Source: a virus. Taken from it: a stretch of 64,000 nt of DNA. The position numbers and the translations under genes were made by a program. The notes under the pieces were generated by a model, which saw only the letters and a program-made list of their open reading frames with translations, was not told where the DNA came from and ran no database searches. The stretch lies in IMG/VR virus record IMGVR_UViG_3300021420_000021, positions 30,267 to 94,266 of that record; one strand, given 5' to 3'. Positions 37,437-47,352 of this stretch are shown here, one piece after another; the stretch's first letter is position 1, and every line of letters begins with the position of its first letter.

Positions 37437-39038
37437 ATGGCAATTCAAGCAGGCGGCGGAAATATACCTCAGCAAACTTTTGCGCAATTTAACGATCCAA
37501 ATGGTACGAAACTTATTGCCCTTAATCGAGATGGGACAATTTTAACACAAGGTATTAATTTCGCAGATGGTACGATTCAAGCGACATCGGGCATATTTGT
37601 AAGTGGAGCTATTCAAACTTCATCCGGATCATTTCCTGCAAATCTAAAAGGCGACGGCGTTACAGACAATACGGCTGCAATTAATGCGGCTTTGCTAATG
37701 CTTTTCAACGCTGGCGGCGGAACGCTTATATTTCCAATTGGTACTTTTTTAGTTCTCGGTCAAATCAATATTCCTAATGACGGCGGATCAGCATTTAATA
37801 ATGCTCCAATGCAGCCGTCTATTCGTATTACAGGTTCAGCAGCAGCGGGCGGGGTTGTACCGTGGCGCGGAACCGGCGCAGGGAATTCACTAGTCACATT
37901 CCAATCCGGGCCTGCGGATGGCGGATCAGTTCTTCTTTTAAATTATAATTCACCAACAGCAAAGATTTGCACTTTTGGCACAGGAATGTTAGAAATCGAC
38001 CGTTTGACACTGGCAGATAATTCAACCGATTCTGCGACTTTCTTTTTTACATCTAATACTGTTTGTCATATTCACGATGTTACGTTTTTAGGGAATACGA
38101 CTGCAACAGCTTCGATTTCATCGAATAACGACGCTATTTGGCTCGGTAATAACTTTGGTGTAGCAAATGGAACATTTAATGCACCGTTTCAAGGTTATGG
38201 AACAAGTATTAAAAATTGTTATTTCCAGAATATCAAACGCGCAGTATTCGGCCAAGCGTATGCGAATGGTGTGTTCGTAACTGAGAATACAATTTGGTCA
38301 TCTTGCGGTAATCACGGCGGCGCGGCAATTGTATTTGGTACAAATAGTTTTGGTTCCGGCGCGAACAGTAATTATATTTGTGGTAATCTTGCAGAAGTTT
38401 TATATTATAAATATTTCATTCAGATTATTGCAGGAATGGAAAACAAGATTATCGGAAACGATAGTTATGATCCTATCGGCGGAACGTTTACTGCATCAGT
38501 TAGATTTGAAGCATCAGCTTTTCCAAACTTTGTAATCGCCGGATTTTCAGGCGGATATCCGTATGTAAGTGATGTTCCTGTTACTAGTACTACTCCGGGA
38601 TTAAACACGTATATTGGCACGCCGGGAAGTTCTCAAATTAATTTTTTTGCGACTCCAATCGGTGTGACAATGATTGCAACTGCGGCATTGACTGCCGGAC
38701 AAATAGTTAAAATCGATCCGGCGAATACGAATGCGGTCATCGTTTGCACAACCGCCGATACCGGGGGCGGAATACCAATTGGCATTGCAGGTAATAGTGC
38801 CGGAGCAGGACAAAACGTTTATGTCATAACTGAAGGACTAGTTCGTTCAGGTTTAACATTTTCACCTATACTCGGAACAGGGACTGCAACACCCGGCCAA
38901 TTTGTTATCGTTGATACAACAACAAATGGTCGCGTTAAAACAACTTCAACTTATACAGCCGGAACGGTAATCGGAACTGTTGTTGCTACGCAAGCCAGTG
39001 TCGGCAACCCGGTTGGTTTGTTAATGGGATTACGATAG
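37437..39038 (+). CDS. tailspike-like beta-helix (pectate lyase 3-like) with C-terminal DUF2190-like domain
   Basis: GDGVTDNTAAINAAL...GGGTLIFPIGTF; Asn-ladder beta-helix; C-terminal ATAALTAGQIV...IGIA...AGQNV.VITEG. Confidence 0.75.
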   Translation: MAIQAGGGNIPQQTFAQFNDPNGTKLIALNRDGTILTQGINFADGTIQATSGIFVSGAIQTSSGSFPANLKGDGVTDNTAAINAALLMLFNAGGGTLIFPIGTFLVLGQINIPNDGGSAFNNAPMQPSIRITGSAAAGGVVPWRGTGAGNSLVTFQSGPADGGSVLLLNYNSPTAKICTFGTGMLEIDRLTLADNSTDSATFFFTSNTVCHIHDVTFLGNTTATASISSNNDAIWLGNNFGVANGTFNAPFQGYGTSIKNCYFQNIKRAVFGQAYANGVFVTENTIWSSCGNHGGAAIVFGTNSFGSGANSNYICGNLAEVLYYKYFIQIIAGMENKIIGNDSYDPIGGTFTASVRFEASAFPNFVIAGFSGGYPYVSDVPVTSTTPGLNTYIGTPGSSQINFFATPIGVTMIATAALTAGQIVKIDPANTNAVIVCTTADTGGGIPIGIAGNSAGAGQNVYVITEGLVRSGLTFSPILGTGTATPGQFVIVDTTTNGRVKTTSTYTAGTVIGTVVATQASVGNPVGLLMGLR

Positions 39039-39674
39039 TTAAAATCGCCAACCGACAATCGTTTGCAATTCTCCTGAACTCAATCGTTCTGATCGTTCTT
39101 TCGCTGTCAATTGAATACAGTTAATCGACTGATCGGAACACGTAATCGTCGCATGGCCGATCCAAATGCCGACTTTTTCTCTTAGGAAGAAGTGTCTCCC
39201 GAAAGTCCACCATAATTGAGTTTCAATGCCGTGCATTCCGTTGCTTTTGTCTGTTCCTGCGGTTTCGTAAGTCACAAAGATTTTACTTATATAACTGTTG
39301 AAATCACGGCCAATCGTCCCTTGCGGATTCCATGCGCTTTTACTATAATTCGGCGTATATAGTTTAAGCCATGTTGCTCCGGGGCCAAAATACCATTTTC
39401 CGGTCTTAATCAGCGTATTCGCTTCAAGATATCGCGTATGCCCGGACGAAGAAGTATTCGTATTATCGTCGTTCTTCCCGCCTGTCGAATATCCCGCTTC
39501 GGGCATAATGAAAAAGTGCGAACTTTCCCAGATTATGCCCGCGACTCCTGTTCCGCCTGCGGCTGACATTCCCGAGCCGTTCAAATTAACACCGCCCGAA
39601 ATAAACGGACTTGGCATTTGAGCAAAAGACAAAGTTGTCAATAAGCAGAATAATAGGGGGATTAATATTTTCAT
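39039..39674 (-). CDS. outer-membrane beta-barrel protein
   Basis: Signal peptide (SFA-Q), alternating aromatic strands, C-terminal VGWRF beta-signal. Confidence 0.65.
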   Translation of the reverse strand: MKILIPLLFCLLTTLSFAQMPSPFISGGVNLNGSGMSAAGGTGVAGIIWESSHFFIMPEAGYSTGGKNDDNTNTSSSGHTRYLEANTLIKTGKWYFGPGATWLKLYTPNYSKSAWNPQGTIGRDFNSYISKIFVTYETAGTDKSNGMHGIETQLWWTFGRHFFLREKVGIWIGHATITCSDQSINCIQLTAKERSERLSSGELQTIVGWRF

Positions 39675-39910
39675 GCTTGAACCGTTGGCACAGGAACTAA
39701 ATCAAGATCATCGTTTAACATAAAAGACTTTACGTCGATCTGATTGTCAACGGAAATCGTTGTCAGCGCCGCTTGCAACTTCTGGGTCAAATCAGTGTGT
39801 TGCGCGGTGACGGCGATAAGTTTACGTTGTAACGTCAGAACAGTAACTTTCTGAGCGTCGGTCAATGGCAAATTCGTTGTTTGTACTTCTACGTTTGTTT
39901 CTTCTGTCAT
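39671..39910 (-). CDS. hypothetical protein
   Basis: SD AGGAGAG. Confidence 0.55.
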   Translation of the reverse strand: MTEETNVEVQTTNLPLTDAQKVTVLTLQRKLIAVTAQHTDLTQKLQAALTTISVDNQIDVKSFMLNDDLDLVPVPTVQA

Positions 39911-39926
39911 ATTCTCTCCTTTTTAA

Positions 39927-40463
39927 CTAACACCCCATGTCCACGAATTTTACGTGTTTATTTTTATCAAGCCGTAAATTCGCGTTATATAAATCTCCGA
40001 AATACTCTCCAGTCAACCTTTTTATTAGCTTAATTATTAATACGCGTTCCCAAGTGATGTTGCCATAAGTTCGCATCGAGTGCGGATTTTCTGCTTTCCG
40101 GTCGCTATACTTATCATAATACTCCATTACTATGACGCCCGATTTTCGCTCAAAATAAAAAATCTTTGGTAGATAAGATCGCAGAACTTTATACTGATAC
40201 AATTTTTCAATCATTCGATTTTCCTCGCGTGAATGATATTCGCCATTTTCATACGGATCAGGGAATTTAATAACGAGATTTGTATCTTTTATACGATATA
40301 CTGCCCGAAACGCGCCTGAACCGACATGAATAAGTTTAAGTCCCAGATTCGATGCCGTAAGAAGATTCTCCGGACGATTTTCGCGTATTAGTTTCAACGC
40401 CCGAGTTTGTGTCATCTTTGGCGGCTTCTTTAGCTTTCTTGGCGTCGGCTTCTTTTTCATCAA
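39927..40463 (-). CDS. protein kinase-like (PKL fold)
   Basis: VGSGAFRAVY, VIK, E, DL..AN, FVDMG. Confidence 0.7.
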   Translation of the reverse strand: MMKKKPTPRKLKKPPKMTQTRALKLIRENRPENLLTASNLGLKLIHVGSGAFRAVYRIKDTNLVIKFPDPYENGEYHSREENRMIEKLYQYKVLRSYLPKIFYFERKSGVIVMEYYDKYSDRKAENPHSMRTYGNITWERVLIIKLIKRLTGEYFGDLYNANLRLDKNKHVKFVDMGC

Positions 40464-40737
40464 TTCTCCAATTCGTTCGCGGAATCCGGTCTATTTCTCT
40501 CGCGAGTTCAAATCTCTTCGTATCATAATCTGCAACTCGATCACGTTCAGCAGTCAATAAAGATATTGCAGCAGTTAGTGCTTTCTTTCGCAAAGCATCT
40601 TTTTCGTTTGCAAATTGCGCGTAAGCGTTATTGACCGCTTCAAGTCCATCAGACCACATTTCAAGTAATTCGTTATAAAATTGATATCGTGTTCCTTGAT
40701 CGGCTAAAGTTTTACGGATCACAGGCGGTTCGGCCAT
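40336..40737 (-). CDS. hypothetical helical protein (3' end overlaps the kinase)
   Basis: SD GAGGT; coupled to the upstream stop. Confidence 0.5.
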   Translation of the reverse strand: MAEPPVIRKTLADQGTRYQFYNELLEMWSDGLEAVNNAYAQFANEKDALRKKALTAAISLLTAERDRVADYDTKRFELAREIDRIPRTNWRIDEKEADAKKAKEAAKDDTNSGVETNTRKSSGESSYGIESGT

Positions 40738-41160
40738 TCATTTCACCTCGTTCTCAGATTTGACTTCCGACACGCCTAGAAGATTATGACAGCCGATACT
40801 TTGTACCGATTCATGGGCAATTCTTTCGTAGATTAACACGACCGGATTTTCTTTTCCTACGAATTTATCGAGAACGTTTTGCGCATCGCAGAAAAGTACA
40901 TCTTCAGTAAACAGAGTAAAAGTATGGGAGGGCTGAACACGAATGTTTAGATATTTTTTATCGCCCGATTCGATTACTGCGCCCGAAATTACATTTCCGG
41001 CCAAATAAAAGTTTGGATTATCTTGATATATGACAGCGCCGATTGAATTCTTGTGCCGCGAAGTCGTGTCGGCGTAACTTGCGTGGGCCAAAGACACACA
41101 GATAAGAACTAAGAACAGCGCGATCAATCCGAGTCCGATATACGCGGCAGTTTTTGACAT
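40738..41160 (-). CDS. exported/membrane-anchored protein
   Basis: N-terminal hydrophobic helix, AHA cleavage-like site. Confidence 0.6.
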   Translation of the reverse strand: MSKTAAYIGLGLIALFLVLICVSLAHASYADTTSRHKNSIGAVIYQDNPNFYLAGNVISGAVIESGDKKYLNIRVQPSHTFTLFTEDVLFCDAQNVLDKFVGKENPVVLIYERIAHESVQSIGCHNLLGVSEVKSENEVK

Positions 41161-41328
41161 ATTTTCGCCTCTTTTAAAATACTATCTCATCTATGAACTT
41201 CTTGTCAAGTTTTTTCTTAATATTTACGCGCCTGTTTTTCAGCCAAACTTTAATTATACGCGATACAAAACCTGAAACCGCGCCCGAAAGAATTGATGCG
41301 AAAATGAGATATAATACTTGTATAATCG

Positions 41329-41523
41329 TCATTCGGGCACTTTATGGCGATTTACAGCGCACTTTTTTCTACAAACGCCGCAACGCCAAGTCCCGAGTGT
41401 CGCTTCGGCGTCTTGAGACTTCAGACACGGCGATTTTGTCGCCGGAACAGAACAACACTTGCTCGTATATTGAAATACGGGCTTGTCACGAAAGACAACA
41501 GGCTTGTTATCGCGTTTCTTCAT
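41329..41523 (-). CDS. small Cys-rich Zn-finger protein
   Basis: SKCC...WRCGVCRKKC. Confidence 0.5.
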   Translation of the reverse strand: MKKRDNKPVVFRDKPVFQYTSKCCSVPATKSPCLKSQDAEATLGTWRCGVCRKKCAVNRHKVPE

Positions 41524-42064
41524 TACGTACCTTTCTTACAATTTGAATAGTCTTCAATGCGGGCGATAGTTGCATAAATTCCTCATACGTAAAATTATTA
41601 CTTTTCATACGATTGCATTCGCCACAGCAAACAGTGCAATTCAGAGCAGAATACCCAAGGTTGCTATCTTTTCGATCTAAATTTGATCCTACTCCTGCCA
41701 CATTTATTGAGTACTCTGACCATGATACCTCATCTCCGCAATAATGACAAGCTTTTATTTTTGTAAATTCAATAAATTCTTCATATGTCAGTTCAAATGA
41801 AAGACCCCGGCGCTCACTCTTATACGCAATATTGTTGTATAATGACTCATAAGGACGCTTTCTGCCGAGTTTCATACATCCACAACTTAAACTACTACCA
41901 CTCAATAAGCATGTAGCAAATACGTCTTTTACCAAGCTACAAACACAGCGACATGTATACTTATACATACCCCATCTTTTATCTTTGTGTTCCGGCACTC
42001 CTATAATAGTCCAGTAGCCAAAAACTTCTCCTACTCTTTTATGCCTTGATATCGGCCTTCCCAT
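41507..42064 (-). CDS. HNH-like endonuclease
   Basis: CRCVC...SCGC; CHYCG...LDRKDSNLGY...N...CC.ECNRMK. Confidence 0.8.
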   Translation of the reverse strand: MGRPISRHKRVGEVFGYWTIIGVPEHKDKRWGMYKYTCRCVCSLVKDVFATCLLSGSSLSCGCMKLGRKRPYESLYNNIAYKSERRGLSFELTYEEFIEFTKIKACHYCGDEVSWSEYSINVAGVGSNLDRKDSNLGYSALNCTVCCGECNRMKSNNFTYEEFMQLSPALKTIQIVRKVRNEETR

Positions 42065-43055
42065 AAAGTTCCTTATAATAATTATGCATCTTTTCAGTTA
42101 GTTTGTCAAGAGGAATATCTTCACGGCGATATTTTTCTTTTTCGCCTTTTATCGTTAACCATGCATTTCCCTCAACAAGTCCAATATGCAAGCAATGGTT
42201 GATAGTGTCGTCATGGATATTAAAACCTGTATCATAGAACAACGAAACCTCTGTCTCATGAAACGGCGCTCCGGCTTTGTTTTTCTGTGCTTTAATACTC
42301 ATTTTATGGCCGATTGCGTCTCCGTCTTTTGCATCGCCTTCTTTGATAACTCCACCTTTTGACATCGCCAATCGCCGGACTTCCAATCGTGTCGTCGCGG
42401 CGAATCTCAGCGCTCGTCCGCCCGAAGTCACTTCTGGATTACCGAATACAAGGCCGATCTTTTCTCGTATCTGATTGATAAATATGACAGTTGTGCCAGA
42501 TGTGGACACTGGTCCGACAAGTTTACGCATTGCCTGACTCATCATCCGCGCCTGCAAACCCATGTGCGAATCGCCCATATCACCTTCGAGTTCGGCCCGA
42601 GGGACTAACGCGCTGACAGAGTCTACAACTATAAGATCAACCGCTTTACTTTCAACAAGCGCGAGAACGATTTCTAGCGCCTGTTCTCCGAAGTCCGGCT
42701 GAGAAATTATAAGATCGTTCATGTTTACGCCGAGTTTAGATGCAAACGTCGGACTATACGCGTGTTCCGCGTCAACGAATGCGGCAATTCCGCCCGATTT
42801 CTGGCATTGGCCGATAATATGCGAACACAAAGCCGTTTTCCCCGAAGACTCCGGCCCGTATACTTCTATAATCCGGCCTTTCGGAACACCGCCGCAGCCG
42901 AAAACTTCGCGATCTAACGATGGCAGATTAGTCGATATTACCGGAATTTGCTGATTGACTTTCATCCCGTACTTCTGAAATGTTGTCGATCCCAATTCCT
43001 TATCCAGCTTCTTGCTGACTTCCTCTATCATCGCCCACTTCTCGGTTTGATTCAT
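42039..43055 (-). CDS. recA: RecA recombinase
   Basis: GRIIEVYGPESSGKT, DAEHA, VVDSVSALVPRAELEGDMGD, QARMMSQAMRKL, FINQIREKIG, GGRALRF. Confidence 0.95.
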   Translation of the reverse strand: MNQTEKWAMIEEVSKKLDKELGSTTFQKYGMKVNQQIPVISTNLPSLDREVFGCGGVPKGRIIEVYGPESSGKTALCSHIIGQCQKSGGIAAFVDAEHAYSPTFASKLGVNMNDLIISQPDFGEQALEIVLALVESKAVDLIVVDSVSALVPRAELEGDMGDSHMGLQARMMSQAMRKLVGPVSTSGTTVIFINQIREKIGLVFGNPEVTSGGRALRFAATTRLEVRRLAMSKGGVIKEGDAKDGDAIGHKMSIKAQKNKAGAPFHETEVSLFYDTGFNIHDDTINHCLHIGLVEGNAWLTIKGEKEKYRREDIPLDKLTEKMHNYYKELYGKADIKA

Positions 43056-43539
43056 TTTTCTCCTCGTTTTTCTGTTCTTCTTCAGCTTTCAACTTCGCAA
43101 CTGTGCTCATAAATCTCAGAAACATCTTCAAGAATTTGACTCCACGAAGTTTGATTACGAAGTCTTTTCCTTGTTCTTGAAACGCCCGATCAACTGCTTG
43201 TACCAGTTGTCCGTGTGAATTAAACCACACAAACCAACAATACTCGCAGTTCGTCGTTGGTTGATTCATCCGGTCAAGTTTATGCCCGCACAAATCGACC
43301 CGATCATGTCGAACTGTAAAATGCAATCGCCGGAGTACTCTTAATTCGGCTTCCGATATTTGTCTCGGAGCGGGTTGTAATTGATTGACGATTTCACTGG
43401 CAATGGCCGACTGAACGTTGGGCGGGCCGTTTTGATCGAATTCAGGCTCTGCCGCCCCTGCAATCGCGATTGTTCCTTGATCTGCCGCCTGATCAATTTG
43501 TTGACTTCCGCCAAAATTTCCACTTTCTTGATCTGCCAT
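43000..43539 (-). CDS. hypothetical Zn-binding protein
   Basis: CGH...CEYCW; SD AGGA. Confidence 0.6.
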   Translation of the reverse strand: MADQESGNFGGSQQIDQAADQGTIAIAGAAEPEFDQNGPPNVQSAIASEIVNQLQPAPRQISEAELRVLRRLHFTVRHDRVDLCGHKLDRMNQPTTNCEYCWFVWFNSHGQLVQAVDRAFQEQGKDFVIKLRGVKFLKMFLRFMSTVAKLKAEEEQKNEEKNESNREVGDDRGSQQEAG

Positions 43540-43739
43540 AAGTCTCGTCCTTTCTCATCTTTTTCATTCGCCCAAATCGGTCGCTTAATCTGTCGCCAAA
43601 AGTTTTTGTCGATCCTCGTTGGAATTTGCCCGAATTTTTGAGCTAATGACGTTGATAATCCGGGAATTAAACTTTCGCCCAATTCTTCACGAACTTGGGA
43701 ATTGACATCTGCGTTTCGGTCTAGTTTTGTCTCGGTCAT
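43341..43739 (-). CDS. hypothetical protein (3' half overlaps the next gene)
   Basis: GAGGCGAAAA leader before ATG. Confidence 0.45.
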   Translation of the reverse strand: MTETKLDRNADVNSQVREELGESLIPGLSTSLAQKFGQIPTRIDKNFWRQIKRPIWANEKDEKGRDLWQIKKVEILAEVNKLIRRQIKEQSRLQGRQSLNSIKTARPTFSRPLPVKSSINYNPLRDKYRKPN

Positions 43740-43788
43740 TGTTTTCGCCTCGTATACTAGGTTTATACAGATAAAATTATTTAAAAAC

Positions 43789-44184
43789 CTACCAAAATGG
43801 TTGAAACGCGCCGTGCTTAGTTAATCGAAACATGTTTTTATCAAATTCTCCGTCAAACGTTTTGCAATCTTCATCTACTCCGCAGGCAACATGGTTCATC
43901 TCATGTACAAGACACATCCCGACATAAGAAGCAAGATAGTTATGACGAAGACTTCGATCAACTTGTATTAGTTTTGGTATCCATTTCTTGCGCACAACTA
44001 TTTTCTTTCTGTTCTTATAGTTAGTTGTTGTGCGGCTAGTCCATTTCGCTCGTGCAACTGTTGTTCCGGGAAGATCGGCCCACTCAACGGGCAACCTTTT
44101 AGGCAATTTATTCTGAAAATAGTCTTTGTTCAGCCAACGATAAATTCCGCGCAACCATGCGTTTGACCCGGACCTAATTTTCAT
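43789..44184 (-). CDS. SprT-like zinc metalloprotease
   Basis: N..YF...LP; LVHEMNH (HExxH). Confidence 0.6.
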   Translation of the reverse strand: MKIRSGSNAWLRGIYRWLNKDYFQNKLPKRLPVEWADLPGTTVARAKWTSRTTTNYKNRKKIVVRKKWIPKLIQVDRSLRHNYLASYVGMCLVHEMNHVACGVDEDCKTFDGEFDKNMFRLTKHGAFQPFW

Positions 44185-44582
44185 ACTTGCGGCTTTCTGA
44201 TCGACAACAAATACTTTTGTACAGGATATAATCCGTTCGCAATAAATTTTGCGCCTATACGCTGTTCATATGAATGGCGTTTAGGGCCAAGTAAACGATC
44301 TGCGAACATCTCACGTTCGATATAATCATTCGAGTCATAAACTGAGTATACAGCCCAAAAACGAAGTAATTGATCTTCATTGACATGCGCTTCAACTATC
44401 TTTTCTATGTCACAACGCAGATCAGTCAAAGATGGTCGCGCCGGATTCTTTGTCACCGTTCCGCCGCCATTCGCCCAAACAGCCGCGCCGATTCCTGTGT
44501 CTTTCGCAGAACGATAAGAAGACATCAGTTCGTCAAAGGCCAGCTTGTTCTCACGGAAATGTTTTGGCGTTTTTTCTTTCAT
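44181..44582 (-). CDS. hypothetical protein
   Basis: ATGA-coupled ORF. Confidence 0.6.
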   Translation of the reverse strand: MKEKTPKHFRENKLAFDELMSSYRSAKDTGIGAAVWANGGGTVTKNPARPSLTDLRCDIEKIVEAHVNEDQLLRFWAVYSVYDSNDYIEREMFADRLLGPKRHSYEQRIGAKFIANGLYPVQKYLLSIRKPQV

Positions 44583-44989
44583 TTCTTCGCCTTTCTCTTG
44601 CGTTTCTTTATTTTATTTACAGGCAATTTCGGTTCGTACGCGCCGCGTTCTCGAAGAATTTTCTCCCATTTCTGCAAATACGCTAACAATCTATCAACAG
44701 GTAAATTTTGTTTTTCGACAACGCCGACCAAATATTTATTGCATAAAAAGCAAAGACAGCCTCTTGAGCAAAGTCCGCAAAAATTTTTTAATCGACGCGG
44801 ACAACAGCCGTGAAAATGATCTTGATATGCTGTAAAAGTCTTACCATTCTTGTCTTTCTTAGGCGGAAATGGCCGACCGCAAATTGCACACCCGCCGTCT
44901 TGTTCTTCGATTAGTTTATTCTGTTGTGCAAGCGTTAACTTGTACGTCTTTTGCAGACGTGCGTCTTTTGCTTTCTCGGCAGAGGTCAA
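44579..44989 (-). CDS. endonuclease VII-like protein
   Basis: Q.GGCAIC...DHFH..C....CG.C.RGCLC..CN. Confidence 0.8.
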   Translation of the reverse strand: MTSAEKAKDARLQKTYKLTLAQQNKLIEEQDGGCAICGRPFPPKKDKNGKTFTAYQDHFHGCCPRRLKNFCGLCSRGCLCFLCNKYLVGVVEKQNLPVDRLLAYLQKWEKILRERGAYEPKLPVNKIKKRKRKAKK

Positions 44990-45201
44990 TTTATCCTCCG
45001 AAATCCGGCATCTCGGAACATTTCTCGCGCGTGTGGCGCGATTTTAAAAATATATGCATACGCGTCCGTGTTGCACAAACCCGCCACATATAAAGAATAC
45101 AAGTCGCTGTATTCTGCGTCTTCGTGAGTAACATAAGCTTTGACGCCTGTATTCGCCATAAATGTCAGTATTTCGTATTGCCGCTTATTGAGTTCAATCA
45201 T
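44986..45201 (-). CDS. hypothetical protein
   Basis: Coupled ORF. Confidence 0.45.
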   Translation of the reverse strand: MIELNKRQYEILTFMANTGVKAYVTHEDAEYSDLYSLYVAGLCNTDAYAYIFKIAPHAREMFRDAGFRRIN

Positions 45202-45449
45202 TTTGTGCCCGATTTCTCAGTTAACGACCATTTACTTATTTCAACATCTCCATATGATCCGAGTTCAGCCTTGTATCCAAGGGTTTTTAAATGTTTAATT
45301 GTTTTAAGAGCTAAAGCATCTGCTTTAGAAATTCGAACTTCTATCGCTTTATTCTCGGCTTGTTGTCTCGCATATGCTTCGGGCGGACATGGTTCGCCAA
45401 AATGAAAACTACTTAGCCCACAGTCAACACAGTATTCATGATTTCCCAT
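45198..45449 (-). CDS. hypothetical protein
   Basis: TAATG coupling to the helicase stop; CVDCG. Confidence 0.5.
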   Translation of the reverse strand: MGNHEYCVDCGLSSFHFGEPCPPEAYARQQAENKAIEVRISKADALALKTIKHLKTLGYKAELGSYGDVEISKWSLTEKSGTK

Positions 45450-47110
45450 TATTTTGCCCTCTTTGATATTTTCTGATCGATAAAATGCGCCGCTTGTCCG
45501 CGTGTCAATGTCGCGGGCCAAGGTTTGCCGCCGTATAATTTCTTCAACAATCCTAATTGTGCCGAAGTTGCTTCTTTTGTGTTCCAACTAGACTTACGAT
45601 CTACAAGATGTACAGAACCTTCGGCCCGAGTACGAATTGCGTTATCCGCCGCCGCAAAAGCCTCCTCCATTGTCGGCCTTTGCCCGATCACATCGATTCC
45701 CCGGATTTGACCTTTAATTTCCCAGCCATCAAGCATATTCTGTTGGATATGTACAAATCCCGCCGCTTCGCCGTTTCTGCCTTTGGGAATCGACATCCGA
45801 TACCCTCCAGTCGCACTTTTACACCATTTGAAATCACTCGCCGCTTCGACTTCTGCGGGAAAACGAATTTCGAACAGATTAATATTCTCAACGAATGACT
45901 TCAAATCTGTTACTTTTTGCAGCTTCATGAAATCGATATTCGGATTTTCTTCTTGCGCTTTTTCGATTTCTTTAACTGATTTAAACAAACTTTGGCCGCA
46001 TAAGTCTAATTTATCAGGCAATCCCATCAACGTCGGAACGGTGCATAAAGTATGATCACCGGACATATCACAAACATCAAGAACGATCAAGTCTTTCTTA
46101 CCTTCGAATAATCGCGTTCCGCGCCCGCAACCTTGATTAAATCGAACCGGACTTTTAGTCGGAACAGCCCACACAACACAACTTATGTTCGGAATGTCAA
46201 CGCCTTCAGAGAGAATTTGAACATTGCACATTATAGTCGTGTCTGTCGCTTCAAACGCAGCTAGTTTTTCTGCCCGAAGTGGGTCTTCGCCATGAACGTA
46301 TTCTGCTTTAACTCCTGCTAGTTTAAACTCTTCAGACAACGCAGCAGCATGGGCAACACTGCCGCAGAATACAATCGTCTGTCTGTTCTCGCCTACTTTA
46401 TTCCATGCTTCAACGATATTTGCATTTCTTTCAGGGTTATTGATCGTCTCGGCTAGTTCTACAGGTTTAAAATCCCCGCCCGCAGTTCCGACGTTTTCAA
46501 TGCTCGTCTTCGTGTCAATTCGATAACCGCGAATATCAACAAGCCAGCCTTCGTCAATCGCAGTTCTTAATCCATAAACATAACTAATCTTTTTATATAG
46601 TGTAGAAAGCGCTTTACCGTCAGTGCGTTGGGGCGTTGCTGTAAAGCCAATTAACAGTTTTTTAGAATCGGGCGTTAAAACACCCGCCATCTCCAGAATA
46701 TTAATGTAACTTTGTGCAGTAGAATGATGACATTCGTCCACACACACTTTATCGATTGAAGACCAGTCAATTTTTTCATTTCGTTTACTTCCTTTCCGCC
46801 CCAAAGTCGCGACACTTGCAACGATTATATCTGAATCTTGATCCGCGACATCTCCGGCCATTTCTTTTGAGACTTTAAGATTCGGATTCGCCGCTCGAAG
46901 CTTTGTAATAGCTTGGTCAATTAGTTCTGTTCTGTGGGCTAAAACAAGTGTCTTTCCGGGCAAAATGTCTTTTAAATGTTCTGGAAGATTAGAAAATATT
47001 TGAGTCTTACCAGTTCCGGTTGCAGCAGAGACAACAAGACTGCTATATCCGTCTTCGTAATCAGACCGGATCGCGTCAAGTGCTCGTTTTTGATATTCGC
47101 GCAATGGCAT
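45449..47110 (-). CDS. superfamily II DExH helicase
   Basis: LREYQ, ATGTGKT, DECH, TAT, QGCGRGTR. Confidence 0.9.
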   Translation of the reverse strand: MPLREYQKRALDAIRSDYEDGYSSLVVSAATGTGKTQIFSNLPEHLKDILPGKTLVLAHRTELIDQAITKLRAANPNLKVSKEMAGDVADQDSDIIVASVATLGRKGSKRNEKIDWSSIDKVCVDECHHSTAQSYINILEMAGVLTPDSKKLLIGFTATPQRTDGKALSTLYKKISYVYGLRTAIDEGWLVDIRGYRIDTKTSIENVGTAGGDFKPVELAETINNPERNANIVEAWNKVGENRQTIVFCGSVAHAAALSEEFKLAGVKAEYVHGEDPLRAEKLAAFEATDTTIMCNVQILSEGVDIPNISCVVWAVPTKSPVRFNQGCGRGTRLFEGKKDLIVLDVCDMSGDHTLCTVPTLMGLPDKLDLCGQSLFKSVKEIEKAQEENPNIDFMKLQKVTDLKSFVENINLFEIRFPAEVEAASDFKWCKSATGGYRMSIPKGRNGEAAGFVHIQQNMLDGWEIKGQIRGIDVIGQRPTMEEAFAAADNAIRTRAEGSVHLVDRKSSWNTKEATSAQLGLLKKLYGGKPWPATLTRGQAAHFIDQKISKRAK

Positions 47111-47352
47111 TACGGTTTCCAACCTCGCAATCGTGTGAATTTAACTTCGCCGTCGATCAACTCAATCTTCAAAAATCCGTCGTGATGCGCGTTGTGACAC
47201 GTTCGGCAAATCGTTATAATATTATGCAATTCGTCTTTACCGCCCTGTGATACATGTACAATATGATGCGGATCGAGCGCGAATGTGCAGCTACAATGTA
47301 CACAATGCCAATCGTCCCGGTCGAAACACAGTTTGCGTAAATTCTTATCCAT
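47110..47352 (-). CDS. HNH endonuclease
   Basis: RDDWHCVHC...HHI....GG....N....C..CH...H. Confidence 0.85.
   Translation of the reverse strand: MDKNLRKLCFDRDDWHCVHCSCTFALDPHHIVHVSQGGKDELHNIITICRTCHNAHHDGFLKIELIDGEVKFTRLRGWKP

Noticed and set aside
32421-39038. Diversity-generating retroelement acting on fibres
   Set aside because: No reverse transcriptase and no TR/VR pair differing at adenines seen in the window
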